A DNA stretch of 64,000 nucleotides, taken from positions 928,001-992,000 of the forward strand of contig CBDFGR010000003.1 of the NCBI GenBank assembly GCA_965247115.1. The letters run 5' to 3'. Made by a program: the position numbers and the translations under genes. Shown here piece by piece: positions 28,446-39,229 of the stretch. This DNA is from Myxococcota bacterium (lineage in GTDB: Bacteria; Myxococcota_A; UBA9160; SZUA-336). The notes under the pieces were generated by a model. The model was given only the letters and a program-made list of their open reading frames with translations. It was not told the DNA's origin and ran no database searches. Within the stretch, counting starts at the first letter, position 1. Each line of letters begins with the position of its first letter.

Positions 28446-29741
28446 ATGGCCGATCCGAACGTGTTTCACGATGCAGTGGCCCGACTCGCACGCCTCGGAG
28501 AGGCCGCGGGGATCAACCGCGAGGTCATCGCCGCGCTCGAGAGGCCGCAGACCTGTCTGGAGGCATCCCTCCCGGTCCGGCTCGACGATGGGAGCACGCG
28601 GTACTTCACAGCCTACCGCTGCCGCTACAACACGGCCCTCGGCCCCACCAAGGGCGGGATCCGCTTCCACCCCGGCGTGACGGCCGAGGAAGTGAAGGCG
28701 CTCGCTCTCTGGATGACAATCAAGTGCGCCGTCGTCGGGATCCCCTACGGGGGTGGGAAGGGGGGAGTCACCGTCGACCCCAAGTCCTTGTCTCTTCTCG
28801 AGCTGGAGCGACTCTCGCGGGCCTTCGTACGCGGCATGATCTCGATACTGGGTCCAGATCGCGACATTCCTGCCCCTGACGTCTACACGAACGCCAGGAT
28901 CATGGGCTGGATGATGGATGAGTTCGAGGCAATCAACCAGGAGAAGTCACCCGCGGTGATCACCGGGAAGCCGATCCGAATGGGTGGGAGTCGGGGTCGC
29001 AACGAAGCGACAGGGCTCGGCGCCTTCATGTGCATAGAGGAGCTTGCCAAGCGTCGCAGTATCGAGCCCTCGAAGACGCGGGTGGCCGTTCAGGGCTTCG
29101 GGAACGCCGGCTACCACGTTGCAAAGCCGCTACAGGACGCCGGCTACAAGATCGTCGCGGTCAGCGACTCGAAGGGCGGCATCTATTCCAGCGACGGCTT
29201 CGATGTGGCCAGCCTGTTCCAGGGCAAGCTCCAGACGCGAAAGCTGCGTGGGGTGTACTGCGAAGGCTCCGTCTGCGAGCTCATCGATCACGACGAGATC
29301 AGCAACGAGGAGCTACTCGAGCTCGACGTCGACATCCTGATCCCGGCCGCGCTCGAGGGCGTGATCGGACCCTGGAACGTCGACCGGATCCAGGCGCCGA
29401 TCATCGTGGAGGTCGCGAACGGTCCGATCCTCGGGCAGGTGGACGAGCAGCTCGGCGAGGCGGGAAAGCTCGTGATCCCGGACGTTCTCGCCAACGCGGG
29501 TGGCGTGACGGTCAGCTACTTCGAGTGGGTCCAGAATCGAGCGGGCTACTACTGGACGCTCGATGAGGTCCGCTCTCGCCTCGGCGAGATACTGAGGCGC
29601 GCCTTCGGCGAAATGTGGGACCTCTACGAAGCCGAGAAGTCCTCCCTTCGGAGCGCCGCCTACACGCTCGCCCTGCGACGCATCGCCGAGGCCGTAGAGG
29701 CTCACGGCACACGCGAGTTCTTCCAGGGCGAGAGCCACTAG
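28446..29741 (+). CDS. gdhA: Glu/Leu/Phe/Val dehydrogenase (glutamate dehydrogenase)
   Basis: GPTKGGIRFHP, GGGKGG, QGFGNAG, NAGGVTVSYFEWVQN. Confidence 0.92.
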   Translation: MADPNVFHDAVARLARLGEAAGINREVIAALERPQTCLEASLPVRLDDGSTRYFTAYRCRYNTALGPTKGGIRFHPGVTAEEVKALALWMTIKCAVVGIPYGGGKGGVTVDPKSLSLLELERLSRAFVRGMISILGPDRDIPAPDVYTNARIMGWMMDEFEAINQEKSPAVITGKPIRMGGSRGRNEATGLGAFMCIEELAKRRSIEPSKTRVAVQGFGNAGYHVAKPLQDAGYKIVAVSDSKGGIYSSDGFDVASLFQGKLQTRKLRGVYCEGSVCELIDHDEISNEELLELDVDILIPAALEGVIGPWNVDRIQAPIIVEVANGPILGQVDEQLGEAGKLVIPDVLANAGGVTVSYFEWVQNRAGYYWTLDEVRSRLGEILRRAFGEMWDLYEAEKSSLRSAAYTLALRRIAEAVEAHGTREFFQGESH

Positions 29742-29851
29742 GCCGCGAAACGGCCGGCTTCTAGCACCGCCTCCGCGGGCTGCGCGCCCGGCCGGCAGAC
29801 GCCGGGCTCCCTGAGCGGGTATCATGTGCCCATCACCGCAGCCCGGGGTCC

Positions 29852-30739
29852 ATGGAGGTCAGATTGGAGCAGATCCGCTACGAGGCTCCCCGCTCGATCG
29901 GGGAGGCTGTTGAGCTACTGAAGAGCGGCAACGGAGCCGACGCCCGCGTCCTTGCCGGCGGAACCGACCTGCTGGTGCAGATGCGGCTCGGGTTGCGCTC
30001 GCCAGGGCTCGTGGTCGACGTGAAGAGAGTCCCGGAGCTGATCAGCACGGCGCTGGATGACCAGGGGGTGCGGTTAGGGGCCAGCGTGTGCGCAGCAGAG
30101 ATCGTGGAGAACAAGCAGATCGGAGAGCTGTATCCGGGTCTGGTCGAGGCCACGGACCTGATCGGCTCCACCCAGATCCAGGGGCGCGCGTCACTCGGCG
30201 GGAACCTCTGCAACGGCTCTCCAGCCGCGGACACGGTACCCGCACTGATCGTGCTCGGCGCAGAAGCCGTCGTGGCCGGCCCGGCGGGACAGCGTGCGGT
30301 TCCAGTCGAGTCCTTCATCACGGGTCCGGGAGAGACGGTGTTGCAGGACGGCGAGCTCGTCGTCGAGCTCCGGATCGCGAGGCCCGCGCCGCGCTCCGGG
30401 GATGCCTATCTGCGCTTCATCCCCCGGACTGAGATGGACATTGCGGTCGTGGGCGCGGGTGTGAGCCTGACGCTGGACGGGGATGGCACGTGTACCGCGG
30501 CCCACGTGGCTCTGGGAGCCGTGGCGCCCACTCCCATTGTCGTGCCAGAGGCGGCTCGGGCACTGATCGGAACGCGCATCGATGAGCAGGCCTTGCAACG
30601 GGCAGCCGACGCATCGAGTGCTGCAGCGAATCCGATTGACGACAAGCGCGGTACGGTCGCGTACAGGCGCAAGCTGGCTGGGGTGCTGACCAGACGGTCG
30701 GCCGCGATTGCTGCAGAGCGTGCGAGGGGGAGAAGTTAG
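29852..30739 (+). CDS. Xanthine dehydrogenase family FAD-binding subunit (CoxM-like)
   Basis: LAGGTDL, ASLGGNLCNGSPAAD. Confidence 0.9.
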   Translation: MEVRLEQIRYEAPRSIGEAVELLKSGNGADARVLAGGTDLLVQMRLGLRSPGLVVDVKRVPELISTALDDQGVRLGASVCAAEIVENKQIGELYPGLVEATDLIGSTQIQGRASLGGNLCNGSPAADTVPALIVLGAEAVVAGPAGQRAVPVESFITGPGETVLQDGELVVELRIARPAPRSGDAYLRFIPRTEMDIAVVGAGVSLTLDGDGTCTAAHVALGAVAPTPIVVPEAARALIGTRIDEQALQRAADASSAAANPIDDKRGTVAYRRKLAGVLTRRSAAIAAERARGRS

Positions 30740-31222
30740 GTGGCGAAGACACACGTCAAGACGACGATCAACGGCGAGCCGACAGAGTTCCTGTGCGAGC
30801 CGCATCGGACCCTGCTCGATGCGCTCCGCGACGACCTCACCCTGACCGGTACGAAAGAGGGCTGCTCCACCGGAGACTGCGGAGCGTGCTCGGTCGTGCT
30901 CGACGGGCGGCTGGTGTGCTCCTGTCTCGTGCTCGCCTTGGAAGCCGACGGGCGCAGCGTGGAGACTGTCGAAGGTGTGGCGCGAGGCGAAGAGCTCCAT
31001 CCCATACAGCAGAAATTCCTCGAGCACGCTGCGCTGCAATGCGGCGTGTGCACACCGGGCCTGATGGTGGCAGCGAAACACCTGCTCGACAGGAATCCAG
31101 ACCCGACGGAAGAAGAGACCCGCTACTACCTGGCCGGCAACCTCTGTCGGTGCACCGGTTACGACAAGATCATCCGCGCCGTCTTGGACGCGGCTGACGA
31201 GATGAGGGGGGAAGCTCGATGA
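30740..31222 (+). CDS. 2Fe-2S subunit (CoxS-like)
   Basis: GCSTGDCGAC, QCGVC, CRCTGY. Confidence 0.93.
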   Translation: MAKTHVKTTINGEPTEFLCEPHRTLLDALRDDLTLTGTKEGCSTGDCGACSVVLDGRLVCSCLVLALEADGRSVETVEGVARGEELHPIQQKFLEHAALQCGVCTPGLMVAAKHLLDRNPDPTEEETRYYLAGNLCRCTGYDKIIRAVLDAADEMRGEAR

Positions 31223-33462
31223 GCGAAGAGCCAAAGTACAAGTGGATCGGCACGCGTCCCATCCGCCCGGACGGCCTCGACAAAGTGACGGGCCGCGCCA
31301 ACTTCGGCGCCGACATGACGTTTCCTGGGATGCTCCACGGCAAGGTGCTGCGCAGCCCGCATGCTCACGCGAGGATCCGCTCGATCAACGTGAAGCCGGC
31401 GCTAGCCCTCGAGGGCGTCAAGGCGGTCATCACCGGCGCGGACCTTCCGACCTTCGATCCGAGCGAAATGATCGGGCCAACCGCGGTGTGGGATCTCGCT
31501 CGCAACATCATGGCCCGCGACAAGGCGCTCTACGACGGTCACGCCGTCGCCGCTATCGCGGCGACGACCGCGCGGCAGGCGGAGGCGGCACTCGGAGCGA
31601 TTGAGGTGGACTACGAAGTCCTCGAGCCGGTCATGGACCTCGACACCGCAATTGCCCCAGACGCCCCGATCCTCGACGAGGCGATGAGAGCCCAGGGCCA
31701 AGACCCGAAGCCCGAAGGCCCCACGAACGTGGCCAGCCACACCCAGATCGGACGTGGTGATGTCGAGGCGGGTTTCAAGGCAGCCGACGTCATCGTCGAG
31801 CGGGAGTTCACGACCAAGACCGTGCACCAGGGCTACATCGAGCCGCACGCAGTAGTCGCGCGCACCGGACAGGACGATCAGTCCGTGGTGTGGTGCTGCA
31901 CCCAAGGAGCGTTCATGGTCCGGGCTTTCTCGGCCAAGGTCCTGGGTCTGTCTTTGAACCAGATCAAAGTGATCCCGAGCGAGATCGGCGGCGGGTTCGG
32001 CGGCAAGACCACGGTCTATGAAGAGCCTCTCGCGGTTCTGCTCTCGCGCAAGACCGGGCGCCCGGTCAAGATGGTGATGAGCCGCGAAGAAGTGTTTCGT
32101 GCGACGGGGCCGACCTCCGCCACCCGAATCCGCGTAAAGGCCGGCGCCACCAAGGACGGCAAGCTCACGGCGGCCGAAGCGACGCTCATGTACGAGGCGG
32201 GGGCGTTCAAGGGGTCGCCGGTGACCCCGGGGATGATGACGATCCTCACGCCCTACGACCTGCCGGCGGTGAAGATCGACGGGTATGACGTGGTCGTGAA
32301 CAAGCCCAAGGTGGCGGCCTACAGGGCGCCGGGCGCCCCGATGGCCGCGTTCGGGGCGGAGTCGGTAATAGACGAAGTGGCCGAGAAGCTCGGCATGGAT
32401 CCCGTCGACTTCCGTCTGAAGAACGCAGCCAAGGAGGGCGTGACCGCGCCCTACGGTCCAAAGTTCGGAGCCATCGGTCTTGTCGATACGCTCGAGGAAG
32501 CGAAGAGCCATCCGCACTACAAGGCACCGCTCGGCCCGAACCAGGGCCGGGGGGTCGCGACCGGCTTCTGGTTCAACGCGGGCATGCAGTCGAGCGCGAA
32601 CGTCAGCCTGAACGAGGATGGCACCGCTGTCGTTGTATCCGGGAACCCCGACATTGGCGGCTCGCGTGCATCGCTCTCGATGATGGCGGCCGAGGAGCTC
32701 GGGATCCCTGTGGAGCGCGTCCGTCCGGTCGTGGCAGACACCGAGACGGTTCCGTACAGCGACCTGACAGGCGGGAGCCGAGTGACCTTTGCCACAGGCA
32801 TGGCTGTGGTGGAGGCAGCCCGCGATGTCATCACCCAGCTGCGTCAGCGCGCGGCTGCGATCTGGGACGTCGACGTGGATTCGGTGATCTGGGAGGACGG
32901 CCGGGCTCGGACGGACGATGACGAGCAGGTGCTGACGATCGAGGAGCTCGCGAAGGGGGCGGCCCGAACCGGAGGTCCGATCGCGGGCAGAGCCTCACTC
33001 AACGCGCGTGGTGCCGGTCCCTCCTTTGCTACACACATCTGTGATGTCGAGGTCGACAAGGACACGGGAAGTGTCAGCGTGATTCGCTACACGACCATCC
33101 AGGACGCGGGCAGGGCCATCCACCCGAGCTACGTCGAGGGACAGATGCAGGGCGGCGCGGCTCAGGGCATCGGCTGGGCCCTCAACGAGGAGTACATCTA
33201 CGACGCAGAGGGGCATCTCGAGAATCCGGGCTTCCTGGACTACCGGATCCCGGTCGCGTCAGACCTGCCGATGATCGACACCGTCATTGTGGAGGTTCCG
33301 AACCCCACCCACCCCTACGGCGTGCGCGGATGTGGTGAGACCCCGATCGTCCCGCCTCTCGCCGCGGTGGCCCTGGCCGTCAAGAACGCAACGAATGTGC
33401 CCATGCGCAACCTGCCGATGTCACCGCCCCGCGTGCTGGAGGCTCTCGAACAGGCGGGCTGA
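31219..33462 (+). CDS. Xanthine dehydrogenase family molybdopterin-binding subunit
   Basis: GGGFGGK, AYRAPG, GQMQGGAAQGIG, RGCGE. Confidence 0.92.
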   Translation: MSEEPKYKWIGTRPIRPDGLDKVTGRANFGADMTFPGMLHGKVLRSPHAHARIRSINVKPALALEGVKAVITGADLPTFDPSEMIGPTAVWDLARNIMARDKALYDGHAVAAIAATTARQAEAALGAIEVDYEVLEPVMDLDTAIAPDAPILDEAMRAQGQDPKPEGPTNVASHTQIGRGDVEAGFKAADVIVEREFTTKTVHQGYIEPHAVVARTGQDDQSVVWCCTQGAFMVRAFSAKVLGLSLNQIKVIPSEIGGGFGGKTTVYEEPLAVLLSRKTGRPVKMVMSREEVFRATGPTSATRIRVKAGATKDGKLTAAEATLMYEAGAFKGSPVTPGMMTILTPYDLPAVKIDGYDVVVNKPKVAAYRAPGAPMAAFGAESVIDEVAEKLGMDPVDFRLKNAAKEGVTAPYGPKFGAIGLVDTLEEAKSHPHYKAPLGPNQGRGVATGFWFNAGMQSSANVSLNEDGTAVVVSGNPDIGGSRASLSMMAAEELGIPVERVRPVVADTETVPYSDLTGGSRVTFATGMAVVEAARDVITQLRQRAAAIWDVDVDSVIWEDGRARTDDDEQVLTIEELAKGAARTGGPIAGRASLNARGAGPSFATHICDVEVDKDTGSVSVIRYTTIQDAGRAIHPSYVEGQMQGGAAQGIGWALNEEYIYDAEGHLENPGFLDYRIPVASDLPMIDTVIVEVPNPTHPYGVRGCGETPIVPPLAAVALAVKNATNVPMRNLPMSPPRVLEALEQAG

Positions 33463-33468
33463 ACCCAG

Positions 33469-33714
33469 ATGGCGGACGTAACATTCTCGAGTGGCCTGCG
33501 CCGCTACACGGGCGGTGACGAGAAGATCCACATCGACGCGGCGACCGTGCGGGAGCTGATCAAGGCACTCGGTGCGCGGTACCCCGAGATCCGCGAGCCC
33601 ATCGCATCGATGGCCGTCGCCATCGACGGGGAGATCGTAAACGAGCCGTTGTTGGAGCCCCTGTCGCCGAGCTCAGAGGTACACTTCTTGCCTCCGATCG
33701 GCGGGGGTAGCTAG
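33469..33714 (+). CDS. MoaD/ThiS sulfur carrier family
   Basis: Ubiquitin-like size, C-terminal PPIGGGS. Confidence 0.8.
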   Translation: MADVTFSSGLRRYTGGDEKIHIDAATVRELIKALGARYPEIREPIASMAVAIDGEIVNEPLLEPLSPSSEVHFLPPIGGGS

Positions 33715-33729
33715 GTCAAGAGTCGCCTG

Positions 33730-34131
33730 TCAGAGCCGTGCGATCTCCTTCAGGATTAGCCTGCGGACCGAGGCATCCACATCGAGAAAGCGCAGTGCGA
33801 TCCCGCCCTCGGTCTCGCGCACGACCTGGGCCCACAGCGGTCCGAGCTTCACGTCTGTCGAGACGATCCCCACCTTGATCTTCGAGCCTACACCCAGCTG
33901 CGGCTGCGGGTCGGCGATCTCGACACCGCCGGCAGAGATGTTCCGCACGTGGCCGTAGCCGAGCGTGCGGGGCCGGGACGGAAGCCGAGGGCGACGCAGA
34001 CCAAGGGGGAGTGAGTCCTTTGTGAGGGTATAGACGGCGCCGGCCTCGACCTCGATGCGGATCTCGGCTCGGGTGTGTCTGTGGGGTCCTGGATCGGGCG
34101 TAGGGACTTCTCGGGCGACGCGTGTGGGCAT
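33730..34131 (-). CDS. PilZ domain protein
   Basis: HRHTR, NISAGG, AQVVR...GIALRF. Confidence 0.65.
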   Translation of the reverse strand: MPTRVAREVPTPDPGPHRHTRAEIRIEVEAGAVYTLTKDSLPLGLRRPRLPSRPRTLGYGHVRNISAGGVEIADPQPQLGVGSKIKVGIVSTDVKLGPLWAQVVRETEGGIALRFLDVDASVRRLILKEIARL

Positions 34132-34351
34132 GGGAGACGGTTCCAGCAAGGCCCGTGCCCTTGGCAGAGCATGCCGGACTGCGACGAACGACCCCGAGTT
34201 GCCGGCTCCTGCTCGGAAAGTTGTGCACAGGTCCGCAATTTGTGCGCCCTCACGGCCAGCAGCGCCACCCGGGGTCGGCACTGCCGGATGCTGCTCGCAT
34301 GACCGCCGGAAACTGCTCGTATAATGGTCCGGCAGAGCCAGAGAGAGCGAG

Positions 34352-35173
34352 ATGCCTGGATCGACACTGAAGCGGCTCTCCTTGTGGGTCAGTGGAGCGA
34401 TCTGCGTCCCCTGCCTGCTGCTGGCCCTCGGCTGGGCGTCGCCAGCTGGCGGCGACGACAGCGCGGAGTCCCTAGTCCCGCAGGAAGACCAGGAGCTCTT
34501 CGAGCGGATCCGGCAGGGGGCGGAAGACGGCGACGCCGAGGCCCAGGCCTACATGGGAAACATCTATTCCCAGGGGGAGGGGGTACCGGAGGATCCGGCT
34601 GCAGCGCTGACCTGGTACACCTTGGCCGCGGAGCAAGGTCACGCGGTCGCGCAGTTCAACGTCGCCGCGTTTCACGCGATGGGCCGCGGAGCACCGGTGG
34701 ACCATGTCCTGGCGAGCGCGTGGTTCCGCAAAGCGGCGCAGCAGGGCTTGCCCCAGGCCCAGATGCAGCTCGCTGCCAACTACTACATCGGCAGGGGGGT
34801 GCCCTGGGATCCGACCGAAGCGGAGATCTGGTTCAGCCGGGCAGCAGAGAGTCTCGCTTCGGACCAGAAGCCCGAGGCGCTTCGGTACCGAGACCTGGCC
34901 CTGAAACTGGTCCGTTTGCTCGAGGCCGCGAACGACGGACAGGGCGATGCCCAGCTGGTCCTCGGCGAGCTGCACACGAGGGGGGGCAGCGTCCCCCTCG
35001 ATCCCGTCGAGGCCTACAAGTGGCTGAGTCTCGCTGCCACGTCCGAGGACGAGTCGAGCCGACTCAACGCAACCCAGGCTCTAACCGCGCTTGCTGAGGA
35101 GATGAAGCAAGACCAGATTCGGGAGGCTCGGCAACGGTCCGCCGAGTGGTCCCGAGCACACCCGAGCGAATGA
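34352..35173 (+). CDS. Secreted Sel1-repeat protein
   Basis: Signal peptide; repeated AAEQG..AQ..LA..Y..G.GV. Confidence 0.88.
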   Translation: MPGSTLKRLSLWVSGAICVPCLLLALGWASPAGGDDSAESLVPQEDQELFERIRQGAEDGDAEAQAYMGNIYSQGEGVPEDPAAALTWYTLAAEQGHAVAQFNVAAFHAMGRGAPVDHVLASAWFRKAAQQGLPQAQMQLAANYYIGRGVPWDPTEAEIWFSRAAESLASDQKPEALRYRDLALKLVRLLEAANDGQGDAQLVLGELHTRGGSVPLDPVEAYKWLSLAATSEDESSRLNATQALTALAEEMKQDQIREARQRSAEWSRAHPSE

Positions 35174-35204
35174 ACAGCCCCGCGCAGGCCTGCGCCGACC
35201 GGAA

Positions 35205-35981
35205 TCAGCGGATGCGGCGCCAGCGTGAGCTGGGCAGTCCCTGGCGCGCCCAGCCGTGATAGGGGTGTTTCGCGAGCAGACGGGGGTTTCGGAACGGGAA
35301 GATCAGTGCGGCCCCTGCTGCGAAGCCGCCCACGTGCGCCCAGAACGCCACGCCACCCCCCTGGGTCCCTGATGAAACCCATCCTCCGATCAGCTGGGCC
35401 AGCAGCCAGTAGCCGAGCATGAGCGCGGCCGGAACGGCAATGGTCGTGATGTAGAAGCCAAAGATCACGAGGAGGTGAACATTCACACGGGGGTACAGGA
35501 TGATGTAGGCCCCCATCACCCCACCGATCGCACCGGACGCACCGACCATCGGGAGCGCGGAGTCCGGGTCCGAGGCGACCTGAAGCGCCGCCGCCGCCAG
35601 ACCGCACAGAGGATAGAAGACGAGGAACCGAAGGTGGCCCATCGAGTCCTCCACGTTGTTTCCGAAGATCCACATGAACCACATGTTGAAGAGGATGTGG
35701 AACCAGCCGCCGTGCAAGAACATCGACGTGAAGGGCGTGTGCCACGAAGGCGACCCCTCGATGACGCAGGCCGTTCCCTGAGAGATCGGCAGGGCCGTAC
35801 CCGGCGGGATCGTCTGCAGTAGCTCGCCAGGGATCAGTCCCAGCGTGCACACGGAGCCCGACAGTGCAGGCTCCAGGCCGAGCCCCTGCACGAAGACCCA
35901 CATGACGACGTTCAGCCCGATCAGCCCGACGGTCACAACGGGAGTCAGAACGCTCGGATTGTCGTCTCGGATCGGGAACAT
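35205..35981 (-). CDS. Rhomboid family intramembrane serine protease
   Basis: MFPIRDDNP, HGGWFHILFNM, GASG, AHVGGF. Confidence 0.92.
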   Translation of the reverse strand: MFPIRDDNPSVLTPVVTVGLIGLNVVMWVFVQGLGLEPALSGSVCTLGLIPGELLQTIPPGTALPISQGTACVIEGSPSWHTPFTSMFLHGGWFHILFNMWFMWIFGNNVEDSMGHLRFLVFYPLCGLAAAALQVASDPDSALPMVGASGAIGGVMGAYIILYPRVNVHLLVIFGFYITTIAVPAALMLGYWLLAQLIGGWVSSGTQGGGVAFWAHVGGFAAGAALIFPFRNPRLLAKHPYHGWARQGLPSSRWRRIR

Positions 35982-36089
35982 GCCTGGAAAACCGCCGGAG
36001 GGCGCAGAGTCTACCTGACGCAGAGCCGTCCGCCTCCGCGTTTGTTGGCAGCTGTGGGCTCGGGTAGCCTGTGTCAGGGAGGACCTCGC

Positions 36090-37334
36090 ATGGCGGCGCA
36101 CGCTCAGAGCCTCGACACGATCGACATCATCAGTCCCGACCTCTATCAGCAGGAGGGCTACCCCCACGAGGCGTGGGCCCTGCTGCGCCGCGAAGCGCCG
36201 ATCTACTGGTACGACCGTACGCCGGGAGAGCCCTTCTGGGCGGTCACGAAGCACGCCGACATCATCACGCTGTCCAAGCAGCCTCGGAGGCTTCTGAACG
36301 AGCCACGCCTTGCAGTCTTCCCCGAAGAAACTGGCCCGCGGCCCGAGGAGGAGGGACAGCACCTCCTGATCATGGATCCGCCCATGCACTCGCAGTACCG
36401 GCGCCTGGTCTCGAGCCACTTCACGCCGCGGGCGCTCCAAGCGCTCCACGGCGACATCGACGAGATCGCGACGGGGCTGCTTGACGAAATCGCGACGGAC
36501 GGAGAGTGGGGCGAGGTCGACTTCGTCGAGAAGGTCTCCTCCGTGCTCCCGCTTGCCGTGATCGCGGACATGCTGGGCGTCCCGCGCTCTGACTGGAAGA
36601 TGATGTTCCAGTGGACCAACGAGATGATCGGCTCGGGAGATCCGGAGTACCGGCGAGAGGGAGAGACTCCCGACGACACCTCAGCGCGAGCCCGACTCGC
36701 AGCGTTCGAGTACTTCTCCCTCATGGTCGAGGAGCGACGCCGAAGCCCGCGTGAGGACCTGGTGAGTATCCTGGCGAACGCCGAGCTCGACGGGGCGCCT
36801 CTCCCCATCGAGAACCTGATGTCGTTTTACAACCTGATCGTGATCGCGGGTAACGAGACCACGCGCAACGCGACAAGCGGTGGCTTGCTCACCCTGATCG
36901 AGAACCCTGGAGAGCTCGAGAAGCTGCGTCGCGATCCTTCCCTGGTTCCCAAGGCGGTCGAGGAGATCCTGCGCTGGACTACACCCGTGATCCAGTTCTG
37001 CCGCACAGCCACAGAGGATGTCGAGATCCGCGGTCAGAAGGTCCTCCCCGGCCAGTCCTTCTGCCTGTTCTATCCCTCCGCAAATCGAGACGAGGAGGTC
37101 TTCGACGAGCCCTTCCGCTTCAAGATCGATCGCGATCCCAATCCGCATCTCGCCTTCGGCATCGGCGAGCACTTTTGCCTCGGGGCAAACGTGGCGCGCC
37201 TCGAGCTCAACGTGATGTTCCGCCACCTGGCCACGCGCCTCGACAAGGTCGAGCTGGCGGGACCGGTGGAGAGGCTGCGCTCGAGCTTCCTTGGCGGCGT
37301 CAAGCACATGCCGATCCGCTACCAGCTGCGCTGA
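36090..37334 (+). CDS. Cytochrome P450
   Basis: AGNETT, EILR, FGIGEHFCLG heme motif. Confidence 0.95.
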   Translation: MAAHAQSLDTIDIISPDLYQQEGYPHEAWALLRREAPIYWYDRTPGEPFWAVTKHADIITLSKQPRRLLNEPRLAVFPEETGPRPEEEGQHLLIMDPPMHSQYRRLVSSHFTPRALQALHGDIDEIATGLLDEIATDGEWGEVDFVEKVSSVLPLAVIADMLGVPRSDWKMMFQWTNEMIGSGDPEYRREGETPDDTSARARLAAFEYFSLMVEERRRSPREDLVSILANAELDGAPLPIENLMSFYNLIVIAGNETTRNATSGGLLTLIENPGELEKLRRDPSLVPKAVEEILRWTTPVIQFCRTATEDVEIRGQKVLPGQSFCLFYPSANRDEEVFDEPFRFKIDRDPNPHLAFGIGEHFCLGANVARLELNVMFRHLATRLDKVELAGPVERLRSSFLGGVKHMPIRYQLR

Positions 37335-37421
37335 GCGAGCTAGAGCCAAAGCAGGTGCTCATGGTGCAGCTGCCGCGGACCGATGAAGACGGGGAGGGAC
37401 TGTACCCGACCCGGGGGAGCC

Positions 37422-37823
37422 ATGAATCGCTCGCATCTCATATGGGCGATCGTACTGCTCGTCCTTGGTGCCCTGATCATCGTCCAACGCTCGGCCAGCA
37501 AGGACATCGGTGTTCTGTACACCAAGGACGTCGACTACCACGATCGCTACACAACCGTGTGGGTGGTCTCCGAGCCGGGCCGGTTCTGGATCCGAGCTGC
37601 GAAGCCCGACCGGAGGTGGCTTGCAGATATTCGTTCTGACAGGAACGTCCGGTTCGAACAGAATGGATCCAGGGAGTATTACCGACCGGTCGTCAACCGG
37701 GACGTGCGTACGCGCGAGCGAGTGGATCGCTTGATGCGGCAGAAGTACGGAATCGCGGACCGCGTTCGCGAGTACCTGCTGGGCCAGGATACGGTCGCCA
37801 TCCAGCTCACCCCCGTGCGGTAG
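37422..37823 (+). CDS. Membrane-anchored split-barrel (DUF2255-like) protein
   Basis: N-terminal TM; TTVWVV...W..D...LMRQKYG. Confidence 0.55.
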   Translation: MNRSHLIWAIVLLVLGALIIVQRSASKDIGVLYTKDVDYHDRYTTVWVVSEPGRFWIRAAKPDRRWLADIRSDRNVRFEQNGSREYYRPVVNRDVRTRERVDRLMRQKYGIADRVREYLLGQDTVAIQLTPVR

Positions 37824-37978
37824 AGCCGAGCTCGCGCTCTACGATCTGCCCAATCGCCCTGGGCATCCGCTTCTCCACGACGAAGAGTTTGTGAGAGAAT
37901 GAGCGCACGCGTCGTTCCCGACCCCAGGGTGCGTCTCGAGATCGGCGAGTCCACCTCCTTCACGAAGACGGAATCGCG

Positions 37979-39226
37979 ATGAAGTTCGGCATCTTCTACG
38001 AGCATCAGCTGCCCAGGCCGTGGGGCGAGGACTCGGAGTACGAGCTGCTGGAGAACTCGCTGGCTCAGATCGAGCTGGCGGACCAGCTCGGCTACGACTA
38101 CGCGTGGGAGGTCGAGCACCACTTCCTGGAGGAGTACTCGCACTCGCCGGCGCCAGAGGTCTTCCTCGGTGCCGCGAGCCAGCGCACCAAGAACATTCGC
38201 CTGGGACATGGAATCGTCCAGCTGACGACGAATCAACCCCACCGGGTCGCGGAGAGGATCTCCACTCTGGATCTTCTCTCGCGCGGCCGTGTCGAGTTCG
38301 GCATGGGAGAAGGCGCTGGACCTGCAGAGCTGCACCCGTTCAGCGTTCGGGTCAGGGACAAGCGCGACCGCTGGGAGGAAGCCGTGCAGGCCATCATCCC
38401 GATGTTCACGAAGCAGTCGTGGGAGTTTCATGGCAAGTACCACGACTTCCCCGCCCGCAACGTGATTCCGAAGCCCTATCAGAAGCCCCATCCGCCGCTC
38501 TGGGTGGCCTGCTCGAACATCCAGACCATCGCGCGGGCCGGCGAGTGGGGAATGGGGGCGCTCGGATTCTCGTTCGTGTCGCCGAATGCCGCGACGGCGT
38601 GGGTGAACAAGTACTACAACAACCTGCTGCACCGACCGAACCCCCTCGCGGACTATCCCCTGAACCCGAACGTCGCGATCGTAAACGGGTTCATGTGTGC
38701 CGAGACGGACGAAGAAGCACTGGAGAAGGCCGCTGGCTGGACGTTCTTCATCTTCGCGCTCTCGTACTACGGTCGGAAGGGAGTAGATGCGCCCGGCACG
38801 GGGAATCTCTGGCGCGAGTACCAGACCTGGCGGGGCAGCGAGAAAGCGAAGCAAGCGCTTCGAAACGGTTTGATCGGTTCACCCGACACGATTCGCAAGC
38901 GCCTCCGCGAGTTCGAAGCGGCCCACGTCGACCAGGTGATCCTTCTCAATCAGGCCGGCAGGACCACCCATCAGGACATCTGCGAGAGCCTGGAGCTGTT
39001 CGCAAGAGAGGTGATGCCCGAGTTCCACGCGAACCAGCCGCAGCAAGAGAGCTGGAAGGCCGCCGTCCTCGAGGGCCGGATCGTTCTCGAGGAGCTCGAC
39101 ACCACCCCCTTCCATATCTACAGCCACCAGAACGAGGACATCGTCCGAGAGACGCCCGAGCAGCTCAAGGCGCGCATGGCCGCGAAGGACGCAGCGCGGC
39201 GGACCGAGTCGCGAGACGAGGTGTAG
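37979..39226 (+). CDS. LLM class flavin-dependent oxidoreductase
   Basis: MKFGIFYEHQ, EHHFLEEYSH, PKPYQKPHPP. Confidence 0.92.
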   Translation: MKFGIFYEHQLPRPWGEDSEYELLENSLAQIELADQLGYDYAWEVEHHFLEEYSHSPAPEVFLGAASQRTKNIRLGHGIVQLTTNQPHRVAERISTLDLLSRGRVEFGMGEGAGPAELHPFSVRVRDKRDRWEEAVQAIIPMFTKQSWEFHGKYHDFPARNVIPKPYQKPHPPLWVACSNIQTIARAGEWGMGALGFSFVSPNAATAWVNKYYNNLLHRPNPLADYPLNPNVAIVNGFMCAETDEEALEKAAGWTFFIFALSYYGRKGVDAPGTGNLWREYQTWRGSEKAKQALRNGLIGSPDTIRKRLREFEAAHVDQVILLNQAGRTTHQDICESLELFAREVMPEFHANQPQQESWKAAVLEGRIVLEELDTTPFHIYSHQNEDIVRETPEQLKARMAAKDAARRTESRDEV

Positions 39227-39229
39227 CGC

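Noticed and set aside
29852..33462. Aerobic CO dehydrogenase coxMSL
   Set aside because: Large subunit has AYRAPGA, not AYxCSFR (form I) or AYRGAGR (form II); generic molybdo-hydroxylase
35982..36449. Long N-terminal extension of the rhomboid protease
   Set aside because: Antisense to the P450; the family-typical start is MFPIRDDNP at 35981
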